From the NCBI GenBank assembly GCA_963594995.1, contig CAVBGK010000009.1, forward strand, positions 29,331 through 93,330: a stretch of 64,000 bases of DNA, in the 5' to 3' direction. The stretch is from Bacteroidaceae bacterium (GTDB lineage Bacteria; Bacteroidota; Bacteroidia; Bacteroidales; Bacteroidaceae). A model generated the notes under the pieces. It did not search any database. It saw nothing but the letters and a program-made list of their open reading frames with translations, and was not told where the DNA came from. Positions within the stretch are counted from its first letter, which is position 1, and each line of letters opens with the position of its first letter. Shown in pieces: positions 48,005 to 57,031 of this stretch. Made by a program: the position numbers and the translations under genes.

Positions 48005-48093
48005 GAAAGTGGGGTATGGAGGTGGCATCCGATTCGACACAAGCCGGACACTATATGTAAAAAAAAAGACAAACAAAATAAATCAAACTGACA

Positions 48094-49827
48094 ATGAAAC
48101 AACATCTACTTCTTACATGGGCAGCATCGCTCATCAGCACGGTTGCCTTAGCGCAAGCCCCCGCCTTTCCAGGGGCCGAAGGCCATGGCAGATATGTGAC
48201 CGGAGGCCGTGGCGGAAAAATCATCCACGTGACCAATCTCAACGACAAGGGAAAAGGGTCCTTCCGCCAAGCCGTCAACGGCAACAGCAAGAAAATCGTG
48301 GTCTTCGATGTGGCAGGAGTCATCCCACTGACTTCCAACCTGACCATCGGTGCCAACACCACCATCCTCGGCCAGACCGCTCCCTCACCTGGCATTACCT
48401 TGAGGTATTATACCATTCGCCCTGAAAGCAACTGCATCATCCGTTTCATCCGCATCAGACGGGGACAGGAGAAAGACATCAACGACGGAGCCGACGCTAC
48501 CTGGCAACGCAATAAGAGCGGTATTATCTTCGACCACTGCTCCTTCAGTTGGAGCATCGACGAGGTGGCCTCCTACTATGACAACAACAACTTCACCATG
48601 CAGTGGTGTACCATAGCCGAGAGTCTCACCAACCCAGGACACTCCAAGGGCGCACATGGATATGGCGGCATCTGGGGTGGTAAGTTGGCGAGCTTCCATC
48701 ACAACTTCATCGCTCATCTGATGAACCGCGGTCCCCGTTTTTGCGGTGCACGATACGGATGGACAGGATACACAGACAACACTGAATTCGACACCTACAA
48801 ATGGGAGAATTCTGTACAGGCAGAGAATGTCGATTTCCGCAACTGCGTGATGTACAACGTACAGGGCACTTGCTATGGAGGTCCTGGCGGTGGACAGGTC
48901 AACATTGTGAACAATTACTACAAAGCTGGTCCTAGCGCACATCTCACCAAGACCACCCAAAACGGCATCCCGGCAAGTGTCAGCAATGGCAAAGAGCGAG
49001 GCAACCAAAACCTCATCACCACGGTGTCACTATCCACTAGCGACAATTCTGACAAAAGCCACCCCGAGCTTTTCGACATGACAAGCCGCTATTATATCTC
49101 TGGCAACACGACAGAGACAACAGCAGGAAAGGTGACGAAAAACAAAGACTGGGCGGGCGTGAAATATGACAGTGGGACACCAAGTCTCAACGGAGAGTAC
49201 TATAGTCCTGACGCCAACAACTATTATGGCGACAAGGTGCCACACATAACCATCGATGGGAAGTCATGCGTAAAAATCAAGATGGAAGAACCGGCACCAA
49301 CGGGGCTTGTCACCACACACACGGCAGAGAACGCCTACAACCAAGTATTGAAATATGCGGGGGCATCACTTCATCGCGACAACGTAGATGAGAGATATAT
49401 GGAAGAGGCTCGGACAGGCACTGCCACCTACAAAGGAAGCGTGACAAAATCTCCAGGCATCATCGACCTGGTGTCGGATGTCAACGGTTATACAGAAGCA
49501 AACTTCGGCACAAGCTCTCGTCCATCAAACTTCGACACGGACAACGATGGCATACCCGACGAATGGGAGATGGCAAATGGCTTGAACCCCAACGATGCCT
49601 CGGATGCCCTCACCTACTCGCTAGACAGCAAGGGCTACTACACCAACATCGAAGTATATGCCAATTCCCTAGTGGAAGACATCACGAAGGAAGAAAACGG
49701 CAACGCCATCAATAGCGTGGACGAATATTACCCAACTGTAAAAACAACCACCGTCAACAGCAAGATTACAACCAATACCGCTACAGCAGCACAAAATCGA
49801 AAACGTTTACGTAACTTATTATATTAA
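48094..49827 (+). CDS. Pectate lyase (PL1-type), apparently lacking a secretion tail
   Basis: AFPGAEGHG...TGGRGG, TILGQTAP, DHCSFSWSIDE, GYGGIWGG, NNYYK.GP, DTDNDGIPDEWE...LNPND. Confidence 0.88.
   Translation: MKQHLLLTWAASLISTVALAQAPAFPGAEGHGRYVTGGRGGKIIHVTNLNDKGKGSFRQAVNGNSKKIVVFDVAGVIPLTSNLTIGANTTILGQTAPSPGITLRYYTIRPESNCIIRFIRIRRGQEKDINDGADATWQRNKSGIIFDHCSFSWSIDEVASYYDNNNFTMQWCTIAESLTNPGHSKGAHGYGGIWGGKLASFHHNFIAHLMNRGPRFCGARYGWTGYTDNTEFDTYKWENSVQAENVDFRNCVMYNVQGTCYGGPGGGQVNIVNNYYKAGPSAHLTKTTQNGIPASVSNGKERGNQNLITTVSLSTSDNSDKSHPELFDMTSRYYISGNTTETTAGKVTKNKDWAGVKYDSGTPSLNGEYYSPDANNYYGDKVPHITIDGKSCVKIKMEEPAPTGLVTTHTAENAYNQVLKYAGASLHRDNVDERYMEEARTGTATYKGSVTKSPGIIDLVSDVNGYTEANFGTSSRPSNFDTDNDGIPDEWEMANGLNPNDASDALTYSLDSKGYYTNIEVYANSLVEDITKEENGNAINSVDEYYPTVKTTTVNSKITTNTATAAQNRKRLRNLLY
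49798..49811. promoter_or_regulatory. Palindromic operator-like site CGAAAACGTTTACG upstream of susC
   Basis: Near-perfect dyad, 58 bp upstream of the TATTTTTG box (49856-49863). Confidence 0.6.
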
Positions 49828-49908
49828 AATGTATGGTGGTGTCAGTTTTAATTTGTATTTTTGCAAACAAAATATCACAAATTTTACTAATCTAACCAAA
49901 ATAAATGT

Positions 49909-52900
49909 ATGTCTGGTAAATCTAACAAACTAAGAATTGCGTTGGCTAGTGGTCTCTTGTTCACCGTAACAAGCATGTCAGCGCAAACCATCAAGGGTAC
50001 AGTTACTGACAATACAGGCGAACCAATCATCGGCGCATCTGTCATGGAGATGGGTGTGGCTGGTAATGGGGGTGTAACCGATATTGACGGTAACTTCACA
50101 GTAAACTTGAAAGGAAAGAGCAACAAACTCAAGATTTCATACATCGGTATGAAAGCCAAGGAGGTAAACGTTGCCGGAATGTCAACAATCGATATTAAAT
50201 TGGAAGACGAGGCCAACAGTCTCAACGACGTTGTCGTAATCGGTTATGGAACTGTCAGAAAGAAAGACCTCACCGGGTCTGTCTCTTCTATCAGTGACAA
50301 GCAGATTGCCAACATCCCGGTATCTAACGTGAGCGAGGCGATGACCGGTAAGATGGCAGGTGTGAACATCACCACCACCGAGGGTTCTCCAGATGCTGAC
50401 GTCAAGATTCGTGTGCGTGGTGGTGGCTCCCTCTCACAGGACAACTCCCCACTCTACATCGTTGACGGTTTCCCTGTAAGTTCCATCAGCGACATTGCTC
50501 CTAGCGAAATCCAGAGCATCGACGTATTGAAGGATGCTTCTTCTACAGCCATCTATGGCGCCCGTGGTGCCAATGGTGTTATCATCGTAACCACCAAGAG
50601 CGGTTCAGAGGGCAAGACACAGGTCAACTTCAACGCTTCCTTTGGTCTGAAGAAGGTAAGCAAACTGGTGAAGACTATGTCTCCATACGACTATGCTTAC
50701 TATCAGTACGAACTGGGCAGCACCGACTACGGCAACTACAACGACCTCGACATTTGGAAATCTATTGCTGGCCGCGACTATCAAGATGAAGTTTTTGGTC
50801 GCACGGGCAACCAAAAACAATATAATGTCAACGTGAGTGGCGGCACCAAGGATATCAAATACAACGTCGGCTTCTCGCACAACGACGAGAAGAGCATCAT
50901 GCTCGGTTCTGGTTATGCCAAGAACAATATCAATGCCAAGCTCAACGCCAACCTGAACAAGTGGTTGTCATTAGACTTCAACGGGCGCATGGCATTTACC
51001 AAGCTTGATGGTTTGAACGGTGGCGCCGACACCAACGAATCCAGTGCAGCAAACTCAGTTGTAGCCAATACAGTAAGATGGAACCCTGTAGAACCTCTTT
51101 CAGGCTCTTCCGATGACGATGAGGAAAACAGCACATCTACACGCCGTAACCCTACAGAACGTATCACAGATACTTATAAGTACCAGGAGCGCTTCCAGCA
51201 GAACTACAACGTTGGCCTGAATTGGAAACCTTTTAAGGGCCTGACCTTCCGTTCAGAGTTCGGCTATGGCTGGAAGTACAACAACACCGACCAAGTATGG
51301 GGTACAAACGCCACAACCAATTCTAAGTATGGTTACAACGGTCAGCCCCAGGTACAGTTTATCCGTGCCGAGAACAAGAACTGGCGCAATGCCAACACCC
51401 TGACATACGATAACACCAAACTATTCGGTGGCCGCGACCACATCAATGTATTGGTTGGCCAGGAGTGGAGCAGCAGCCAGGACATCACCCGTACCAACAC
51501 CTCTGTGGCATTCCCTACCTCATTCACCATCGACGAGGTACTTGCCAACACCGCTGCAGGTACAGCACTTCCTAACGAAGGCGACATCAAGGCCAAGGAG
51601 AATATCCTCTCTTACTTCGGCCGTATCAACTATACGCTTGCCGACAAGTATTTGGCTACAATCACGATGCGTGCCGATGGTTCCAGCAAGTTCGGAAAAG
51701 GCAACCGTTGGGGCTTCTTCCCATCAGCAGCCTTGGCTTGGCGTCTCTCTGACGAGGAATTCATGAAGGGTGCTTCAACCTGGCTCTCCAACTTGAAGGC
51801 ACGATTGAGCTTCGGTACAGCCGGTAATAACCGCATCAACTCAGGTTTGTTGACAACCACCTACTCCATGGCAAGCAACACCGCCAAGGCTCCATTCTTC
51901 AATGAGAACAGAGCCTCTATGCTTGAGCACGGAACATACCTCTATAATCCAGACTTGAAATGGGAAACTACCGTGACCCGCAACTTCGGTATCGATTATG
52001 GTTTCCTCAACGGACGCATCAGCGGTACGTTGGACTTCTACTGGAACACCACAAAAGACCTCTTGATGCAGAGTGTCATCCCTACGAACACAGGCTACTC
52101 ATCACAGTACCAGAACTTCGGCAAGACCTCTAACAAGGGTATCGAATTGGCTCTCAATGCTGTTATATTCGACACCAAGAAAGTGGGACTGAACTTCAAC
52201 TTCAACATCTCTTACAACAAGAACAAGATTGACGAGTTGAATATGGAAAATCCATGGCAGAGCAGCAACTGGAGTGGTTCTACTATTGCAAAGTATGAGG
52301 ACTTCCGCGTAGAGCAAGGTGGTCGACTCGGCGAGCTATGGGGCTACAAGAGTAACGGTTTCTATACCGTATATGATGCCAGCACAGGTAAAGGCGACTT
52401 GATGCTGAATTCTAACGGAACATGGTCATTGGTTGACGGCAAAGCAGACAAGAGCTACACACTTTTCGGCGGTAACCTGTATCCAGGCGTAGCCAAGGTG
52501 GAGGTCGACGAAAACGGCGACCCTATCAAGCAGCGCCTTGGCAACACCGTACCTACCACTACTGGCGGTTTCGGCTTTGACGGTCATGTAGGCAACTTCG
52601 ACTTCAACGTGTTCTTCAACTACTCTTTGGGTAACAAGTTGGTAAACGGCACAAAACTTGCCAACTCATTCTATGCAGGCTCATCCAAGAACTACAACCT
52701 TGTAAACGACTTTGCAGTAGGTAACCGTTACACCTGGATAGACCCAGCTACTGGCGACAACCTCGGTCGTCCATCAGCCAGCCTCATCACCCAATATGGT
52801 GGTGTCGAAAACGTGATGAACCGTCTGAACGAGATCAACGCAAACGCCAACATCTACAATCCTGCCGGCGTTACAACCATGCAACTCATCAGCTATGCCG

Positions 52901-53157
52901 TAGAAGACGCATCGTTCCTCCGCCTGCAAAACGTAACCGTAGGCTATACATTGCCAAAGAAGTGGGTAAACAAGTGCTTCATCCAGAACGTACGCATCTA
53001 CTTCACAGGCTACAATCTCCTTTGTCTGACCAACTACTCGGGCTACGACCCAGAGGTTGACACCAGTTCAAAGAAGAACCCTATGACACCAGGTATCGAT
53101 TATGCAGCCTATCCTAAGAGCCGCACATTCGTAGGTGGAATCAACGTTACATTCTAA
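49909..53157 (+). CDS. susC: SusC/RagA TonB-dependent transporter
   Basis: VVVIGYG...DLTGSV, IRVRG, PLYIVDG, LKDASSTAIYGARGANGVI, RADGSSKF, LKWETT, terminal YPKSRTFVGGINVTF. Confidence 0.96.
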   Translation: MSGKSNKLRIALASGLLFTVTSMSAQTIKGTVTDNTGEPIIGASVMEMGVAGNGGVTDIDGNFTVNLKGKSNKLKISYIGMKAKEVNVAGMSTIDIKLEDEANSLNDVVVIGYGTVRKKDLTGSVSSISDKQIANIPVSNVSEAMTGKMAGVNITTTEGSPDADVKIRVRGGGSLSQDNSPLYIVDGFPVSSISDIAPSEIQSIDVLKDASSTAIYGARGANGVIIVTTKSGSEGKTQVNFNASFGLKKVSKLVKTMSPYDYAYYQYELGSTDYGNYNDLDIWKSIAGRDYQDEVFGRTGNQKQYNVNVSGGTKDIKYNVGFSHNDEKSIMLGSGYAKNNINAKLNANLNKWLSLDFNGRMAFTKLDGLNGGADTNESSAANSVVANTVRWNPVEPLSGSSDDDEENSTSTRRNPTERITDTYKYQERFQQNYNVGLNWKPFKGLTFRSEFGYGWKYNNTDQVWGTNATTNSKYGYNGQPQVQFIRAENKNWRNANTLTYDNTKLFGGRDHINVLVGQEWSSSQDITRTNTSVAFPTSFTIDEVLANTAAGTALPNEGDIKAKENILSYFGRINYTLADKYLATITMRADGSSKFGKGNRWGFFPSAALAWRLSDEEFMKGASTWLSNLKARLSFGTAGNNRINSGLLTTTYSMASNTAKAPFFNENRASMLEHGTYLYNPDLKWETTVTRNFGIDYGFLNGRISGTLDFYWNTTKDLLMQSVIPTNTGYSSQYQNFGKTSNKGIELALNAVIFDTKKVGLNFNFNISYNKNKIDELNMENPWQSSNWSGSTIAKYEDFRVEQGGRLGELWGYKSNGFYTVYDASTGKGDLMLNSNGTWSLVDGKADKSYTLFGGNLYPGVAKVEVDENGDPIKQRLGNTVPTTTGGFGFDGHVGNFDFNVFFNYSLGNKLVNGTKLANSFYAGSSKNYNLVNDFAVGNRYTWIDPATGDNLGRPSASLITQYGGVENVMNRLNEINANANIYNPAGVTTMQLISYAVEDASFLRLQNVTVGYTLPKKWVNKCFIQNVRIYFTGYNLLCLTNYSGYDPEVDTSSKKNPMTPGIDYAAYPKSRTFVGGINVTF

Positions 53158-53177
53158 AACCTCATAAGATAACAAAA

Positions 53178-55121
53178 ATGAACAAGATATTATATGCTTT
53201 TGCATTGGCAGGCGTTATGGGATTGTCATCATGCTCTGACTTTCTCGACCAGACATCTCCGTCAGAAATGACAGCAGATAACACATACGCCTCACCTTAC
53301 TATACCAATCTCCGCGTCAACAAGCTCTATGGCGCCATGGGACAAGACCGTACCTACTCACAGGATTTGGCCATCGTTTGGGGATTGAATAGCGACTGCG
53401 AGCTCGTGGACGGATTGGGCAGCAATACTACCAATACCTCCAGCGAGCGTGGTAATATGAACTACAATATGGATCCAGGCTGGAGCAAGATAAGCGGTGT
53501 ATGGGACGCAGAATATGGAATCATCGAGGATGCCAACCAGATTATCGAGGGCATCCGCAACAGCGCCACATTTACCGGCGGAGGCTCCAACCAGAAGTCT
53601 ATGGAGCGAAGCCTCGGCGAGGCGCTCGCGGTTCGTGCCATGATTTACTTCGACCTCATCCGTTACTTCGGAGACATTCCATTCAAGGTAGAAGCATCCA
53701 AGGCCGACCTGAGCAACGCCTATCTGGAGAAGACAGACCGCGATGTCATCATGGACTCGCTGATGAACGACCTAGACGAGGCCATAGAATATTTGCCTTG
53801 GGCAGATCAGGTTTCCGACTACACCACAGAGCGCATGACAAAGGGCTATGCACATGGCCTCTTGGCACAAATCGCCATGACACGTGCCGGCTACGTAATC
53901 CGTGAAAAGGCAAAGGATGGATATGAGACCGCATCATACAGCGATGCCACCTATCCTACCCAGCGTCCTGGAGCCGCAGAGCGCAAAGCTCTCTACGAGC
54001 GTGCCCTGAGCCACTGGACAGCCATCATCAACGACAACACCCATAAGCTCAACCCATCTTTCGAGAATGAGTGGTATCTCTTGAACCAACTTTCTCTCGA
54101 CAAGACTTACCACGAGAACCTCTTCGAGATTCCTATGGGTGAGAACGTAACGGGCGAATTGGGATACACGGTGGGTGTACGCCTGAATGGCAATACCACA
54201 GAATATGGCTATCCCAACGCTTCGGGAAAGATGAAGGTAACAGCACCTCTCCTATACTCATACGACCCTAAGGATACGCGCCGCGATATTACTTGTGCCA
54301 ACTTTGAGATCAAGCAGGATGGGAAAAACACTGTGGAATCAATGCTCAAGAATGCTCCTTTCGGCATATATGTAGGCAAATGGGATGTACGCAAGATGAA
54401 CAGCACTTGGTTGCAAAATAATCTGAAGGCTACCGCAAAGCATACTACTGGTATCAACCCTGTCAAAATGCGTTACTCGCAGGTATTGCTCTACTATGCG
54501 GAGTGTATGAACGAGTTGGCCGGCAATCCTGATGCCAACTACGAAGGTTCTGCCAACGGCTTGACAGCTCGCCAGGCTTTGGCAGAAGTTCACACCCGTG
54601 CATTCGACAAGGACGACAAGACTGATGCACAGGCATATGTCAACAACATTGCCTCCGACAAGGATGCATTCTTCAACGCACTCGTACAAGAGAACATGTG
54701 GGAGTTTGCCGGCGAAGGCATTCGCAAATTTGACTTGATTCGCTGGAATCTCTTGGTTGATAAGATCAATGAGTTCAAGCAGACCTATCTCACAGAATTG
54801 AGCGACGGCACATACCAGAAGACCATCTACTTCAACTATCTGGATACAGATAAGACAAAGATTGACTTCTCGAGCGTCACCTGGTATGGCCTGCCTACAG
54901 GTAAGACAGCTGCCGACTATGCTGGTAGTATCGACTCTTTCGGAGCTGCTAAACTTGACACTGGCACCGACACACAAGTAGATACCAACCTGCCATCAAT
55001 CTGCAGTGGCCTCGTGGGCGACAACATAGCAGTAAAGAACCGCTACCTCATGCCTATCGCTTCCACAACCATTTCTGCGACAAACGGCAAGGTTCACAAC
55101 TCTTATGGCTATTCAGACTAA
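53178..55121 (+). CDS. susD: SusD/RagB glycan-binding lipoprotein
   Basis: Lipobox LSSC, GEALAVRA..YFDL.R.FGDIP, MRYSQVLL.YAE, EFAGEG.R.FDL.RW. Confidence 0.94.
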   Translation: MNKILYAFALAGVMGLSSCSDFLDQTSPSEMTADNTYASPYYTNLRVNKLYGAMGQDRTYSQDLAIVWGLNSDCELVDGLGSNTTNTSSERGNMNYNMDPGWSKISGVWDAEYGIIEDANQIIEGIRNSATFTGGGSNQKSMERSLGEALAVRAMIYFDLIRYFGDIPFKVEASKADLSNAYLEKTDRDVIMDSLMNDLDEAIEYLPWADQVSDYTTERMTKGYAHGLLAQIAMTRAGYVIREKAKDGYETASYSDATYPTQRPGAAERKALYERALSHWTAIINDNTHKLNPSFENEWYLLNQLSLDKTYHENLFEIPMGENVTGELGYTVGVRLNGNTTEYGYPNASGKMKVTAPLLYSYDPKDTRRDITCANFEIKQDGKNTVESMLKNAPFGIYVGKWDVRKMNSTWLQNNLKATAKHTTGINPVKMRYSQVLLYYAECMNELAGNPDANYEGSANGLTARQALAEVHTRAFDKDDKTDAQAYVNNIASDKDAFFNALVQENMWEFAGEGIRKFDLIRWNLLVDKINEFKQTYLTELSDGTYQKTIYFNYLDTDKTKIDFSSVTWYGLPTGKTAADYAGSIDSFGAAKLDTGTDTQVDTNLPSICSGLVGDNIAVKNRYLMPIASTTISATNGKVHNSYGYSD

Positions 55122-55168
55122 TCATAGTCTAAGTGCAACAAACATCTTTAAACAAAAAAGACAAGAAA

Positions 55169-56857
55169 ATGAAGAGCTTCAACAAAATAATGGGCACAGC
55201 TGCCATACTGACATTGACTCTGTCGGCAACATCCTGCACAGACGGCAATGACTGGAGCGTAGACAGCAGCCTGTCAAGACTATTCGGACTCAACGGTGAC
55301 AAAATCACCGTTGAAACTACCGAATCTGCAGCTACAGTTACCTTCTCCGCCTTCACATCAAAAGATGTGGCAGAGCCGGAATATTATGTATTCGAGGTAA
55401 GCAAGGACTCCCTCTACGACGGAGTGGAGAACGCCAACATAGTAACATACGGAGAAGACAAGAGCCTGACCACCTCACCAGTAGTACTCAATGGTCTGGA
55501 CGGCGACAGCAAATATTATATGCGAGTAAAGGCAAAGTCAAGCCAGGCCAACGACTCTAAATGGGTTTACTACAAGGACGGCTCATCCTTCAAGACCAAA
55601 GCCGAGCAGATTTTCAACACCCAGACGGCTTCCGACCTTTTCGAAGACCACGTGAATTTTTCATGGACTCCAGGAGCAGCCGTAACACACATCACGATTG
55701 TGAATGCTGCTGACCCAGAGAATGAAGACAAACACGACCTGACGGCAGACGAAATAGCTGCAGGCAAATTCACATATACAAATGTGAAGCCAACAACTAC
55801 CTACACCGCCACCATCTACAACGGTGAGTCAAAACGAGGCCAGTTGCAATTCACAACCCCAGCAGCCATGCCAACAGCCGACTATAAGTATTCTCTTCCT
55901 GAAGACGTGAAGGTCATCTCACAGACCCTCATTGAGGAAATTGCCGCAGCGGCAAAAGCCGCGGCCGGGAATGAGACCAACTACAGTGCGACCATCGGCA
56001 TCCCGGCAGGTTCTGAGATTTCACTCTACGGAACATCAGACACCGACGGTGGAAAGACCAACGTAACCATCCCTGACGGCATGTCGGTTACATTCTTCGG
56101 TTTGGCAGGCGGCGACGCTCCTACCATCAAGATGGACAAGAACTTCGACGTAGCAGGTTCACACGCATACATCAAGTTCCAGAACGTAAAACTGGTAGAG
56201 AACGGAGCTAACTACTTCATCAACCAGAGCAAGGCATGTACCGTAAGCGAATTCACTCTCGAAGACTGCGAGGTGAAGGATGTCAAGTCCTCTTTCTTCC
56301 GACTCCAAAGTTCAGATGCCAAGGCCATCAGCAAGTTGACATTGAAGAACTCAGTCTTCACAGACCTCTGCGCAGGCTATGGTTTCATCAACATCGATGC
56401 CAACAGCGGTTCAGGCCATCTTGACAATATCGAGATTGACGGATGTACATTCAACGGCATCTGCAAGACCGGAAAGGTATTCATCTTCAGCAAGAAGACC
56501 AACATGCAGGACATCACCATCAAGAACAGTACATTCTACAACTGCAATGGTAGTGGCCAATATTTCGTAGACTTCAACGATGCTGCATACGGAGCAGAGA
56601 CTTTCACCATCGAGAACTGCATCTTCGGCAAGAGTGCAGATGAAGTTACCAACAAGAACATCAGAAGCAAAGTGGCTCCTACAGTATCTGGCAGCTATAA
56701 CACAAGCGACTTCTTCAAGGTCATCAAGGGCCTTAACGCCCTCGACTACACCTCAGACCAGTTGTTTACCGATCCAGCCAACGGTGACTTCACCATCAAG
56801 GCAGGAACGTTGAAAGAAAAAGCAGGAGACCCACGCTGGTATCCTACGGAAGATTAA
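55169..56857 (+). CDS. DUF4957/DUF5123-type surface lipoprotein with FN3 domains (putative glycan-binding protein)
   Basis: Lipobox ATSC, FN3-like segments, beta-helix-like repeats, terminal LFTDPANGDFT...AGDPRW. Confidence 0.8.
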   Translation: MKSFNKIMGTAAILTLTLSATSCTDGNDWSVDSSLSRLFGLNGDKITVETTESAATVTFSAFTSKDVAEPEYYVFEVSKDSLYDGVENANIVTYGEDKSLTTSPVVLNGLDGDSKYYMRVKAKSSQANDSKWVYYKDGSSFKTKAEQIFNTQTASDLFEDHVNFSWTPGAAVTHITIVNAADPENEDKHDLTADEIAAGKFTYTNVKPTTTYTATIYNGESKRGQLQFTTPAAMPTADYKYSLPEDVKVISQTLIEEIAAAAKAAAGNETNYSATIGIPAGSEISLYGTSDTDGGKTNVTIPDGMSVTFFGLAGGDAPTIKMDKNFDVAGSHAYIKFQNVKLVENGANYFINQSKACTVSEFTLEDCEVKDVKSSFFRLQSSDAKAISKLTLKNSVFTDLCAGYGFINIDANSGSGHLDNIEIDGCTFNGICKTGKVFIFSKKTNMQDITIKNSTFYNCNGSGQYFVDFNDAAYGAETFTIENCIFGKSADEVTNKNIRSKVAPTVSGSYNTSDFFKVIKGLNALDYTSDQLFTDPANGDFTIKAGTLKEKAGDPRWYPTED

Positions 56858-56885
56858 TCAACTTTTAGTCTCAGACTATAATTCA

Positions 56886-56919
56886 AAAGTGCAATGCCCC
56901 ATCAGGCATTGCACTTTTT
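56886..56919 (+). terminator. Intrinsic terminator
   Basis: AAAAGTGCAATGCC-CCATCA-GGCATTGCACTTTT followed by TT. Confidence 0.88.
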
Positions 56920-56936
56920 CTTGGTATCAGCAACAA

Positions 56937-56950
56937 CGTAATCGTTTTCG
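56937..56950. promoter_or_regulatory. Palindromic operator-like site CGTAATCGTTTTCG upstream of GH28
   Basis: Reverse complement matches 49798-49811 at 13 of 14 bases; 58 bp upstream of the TAATTTTG box (56995-57002). Confidence 0.6.
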
Positions 56951-57031
56951 TGCTTTTTCATACTAGATACGCCTTATATTATAAAGAATAGTTGTAATTT
57001 TGCCTGAAATAAACAATAAACCTAAAATACA

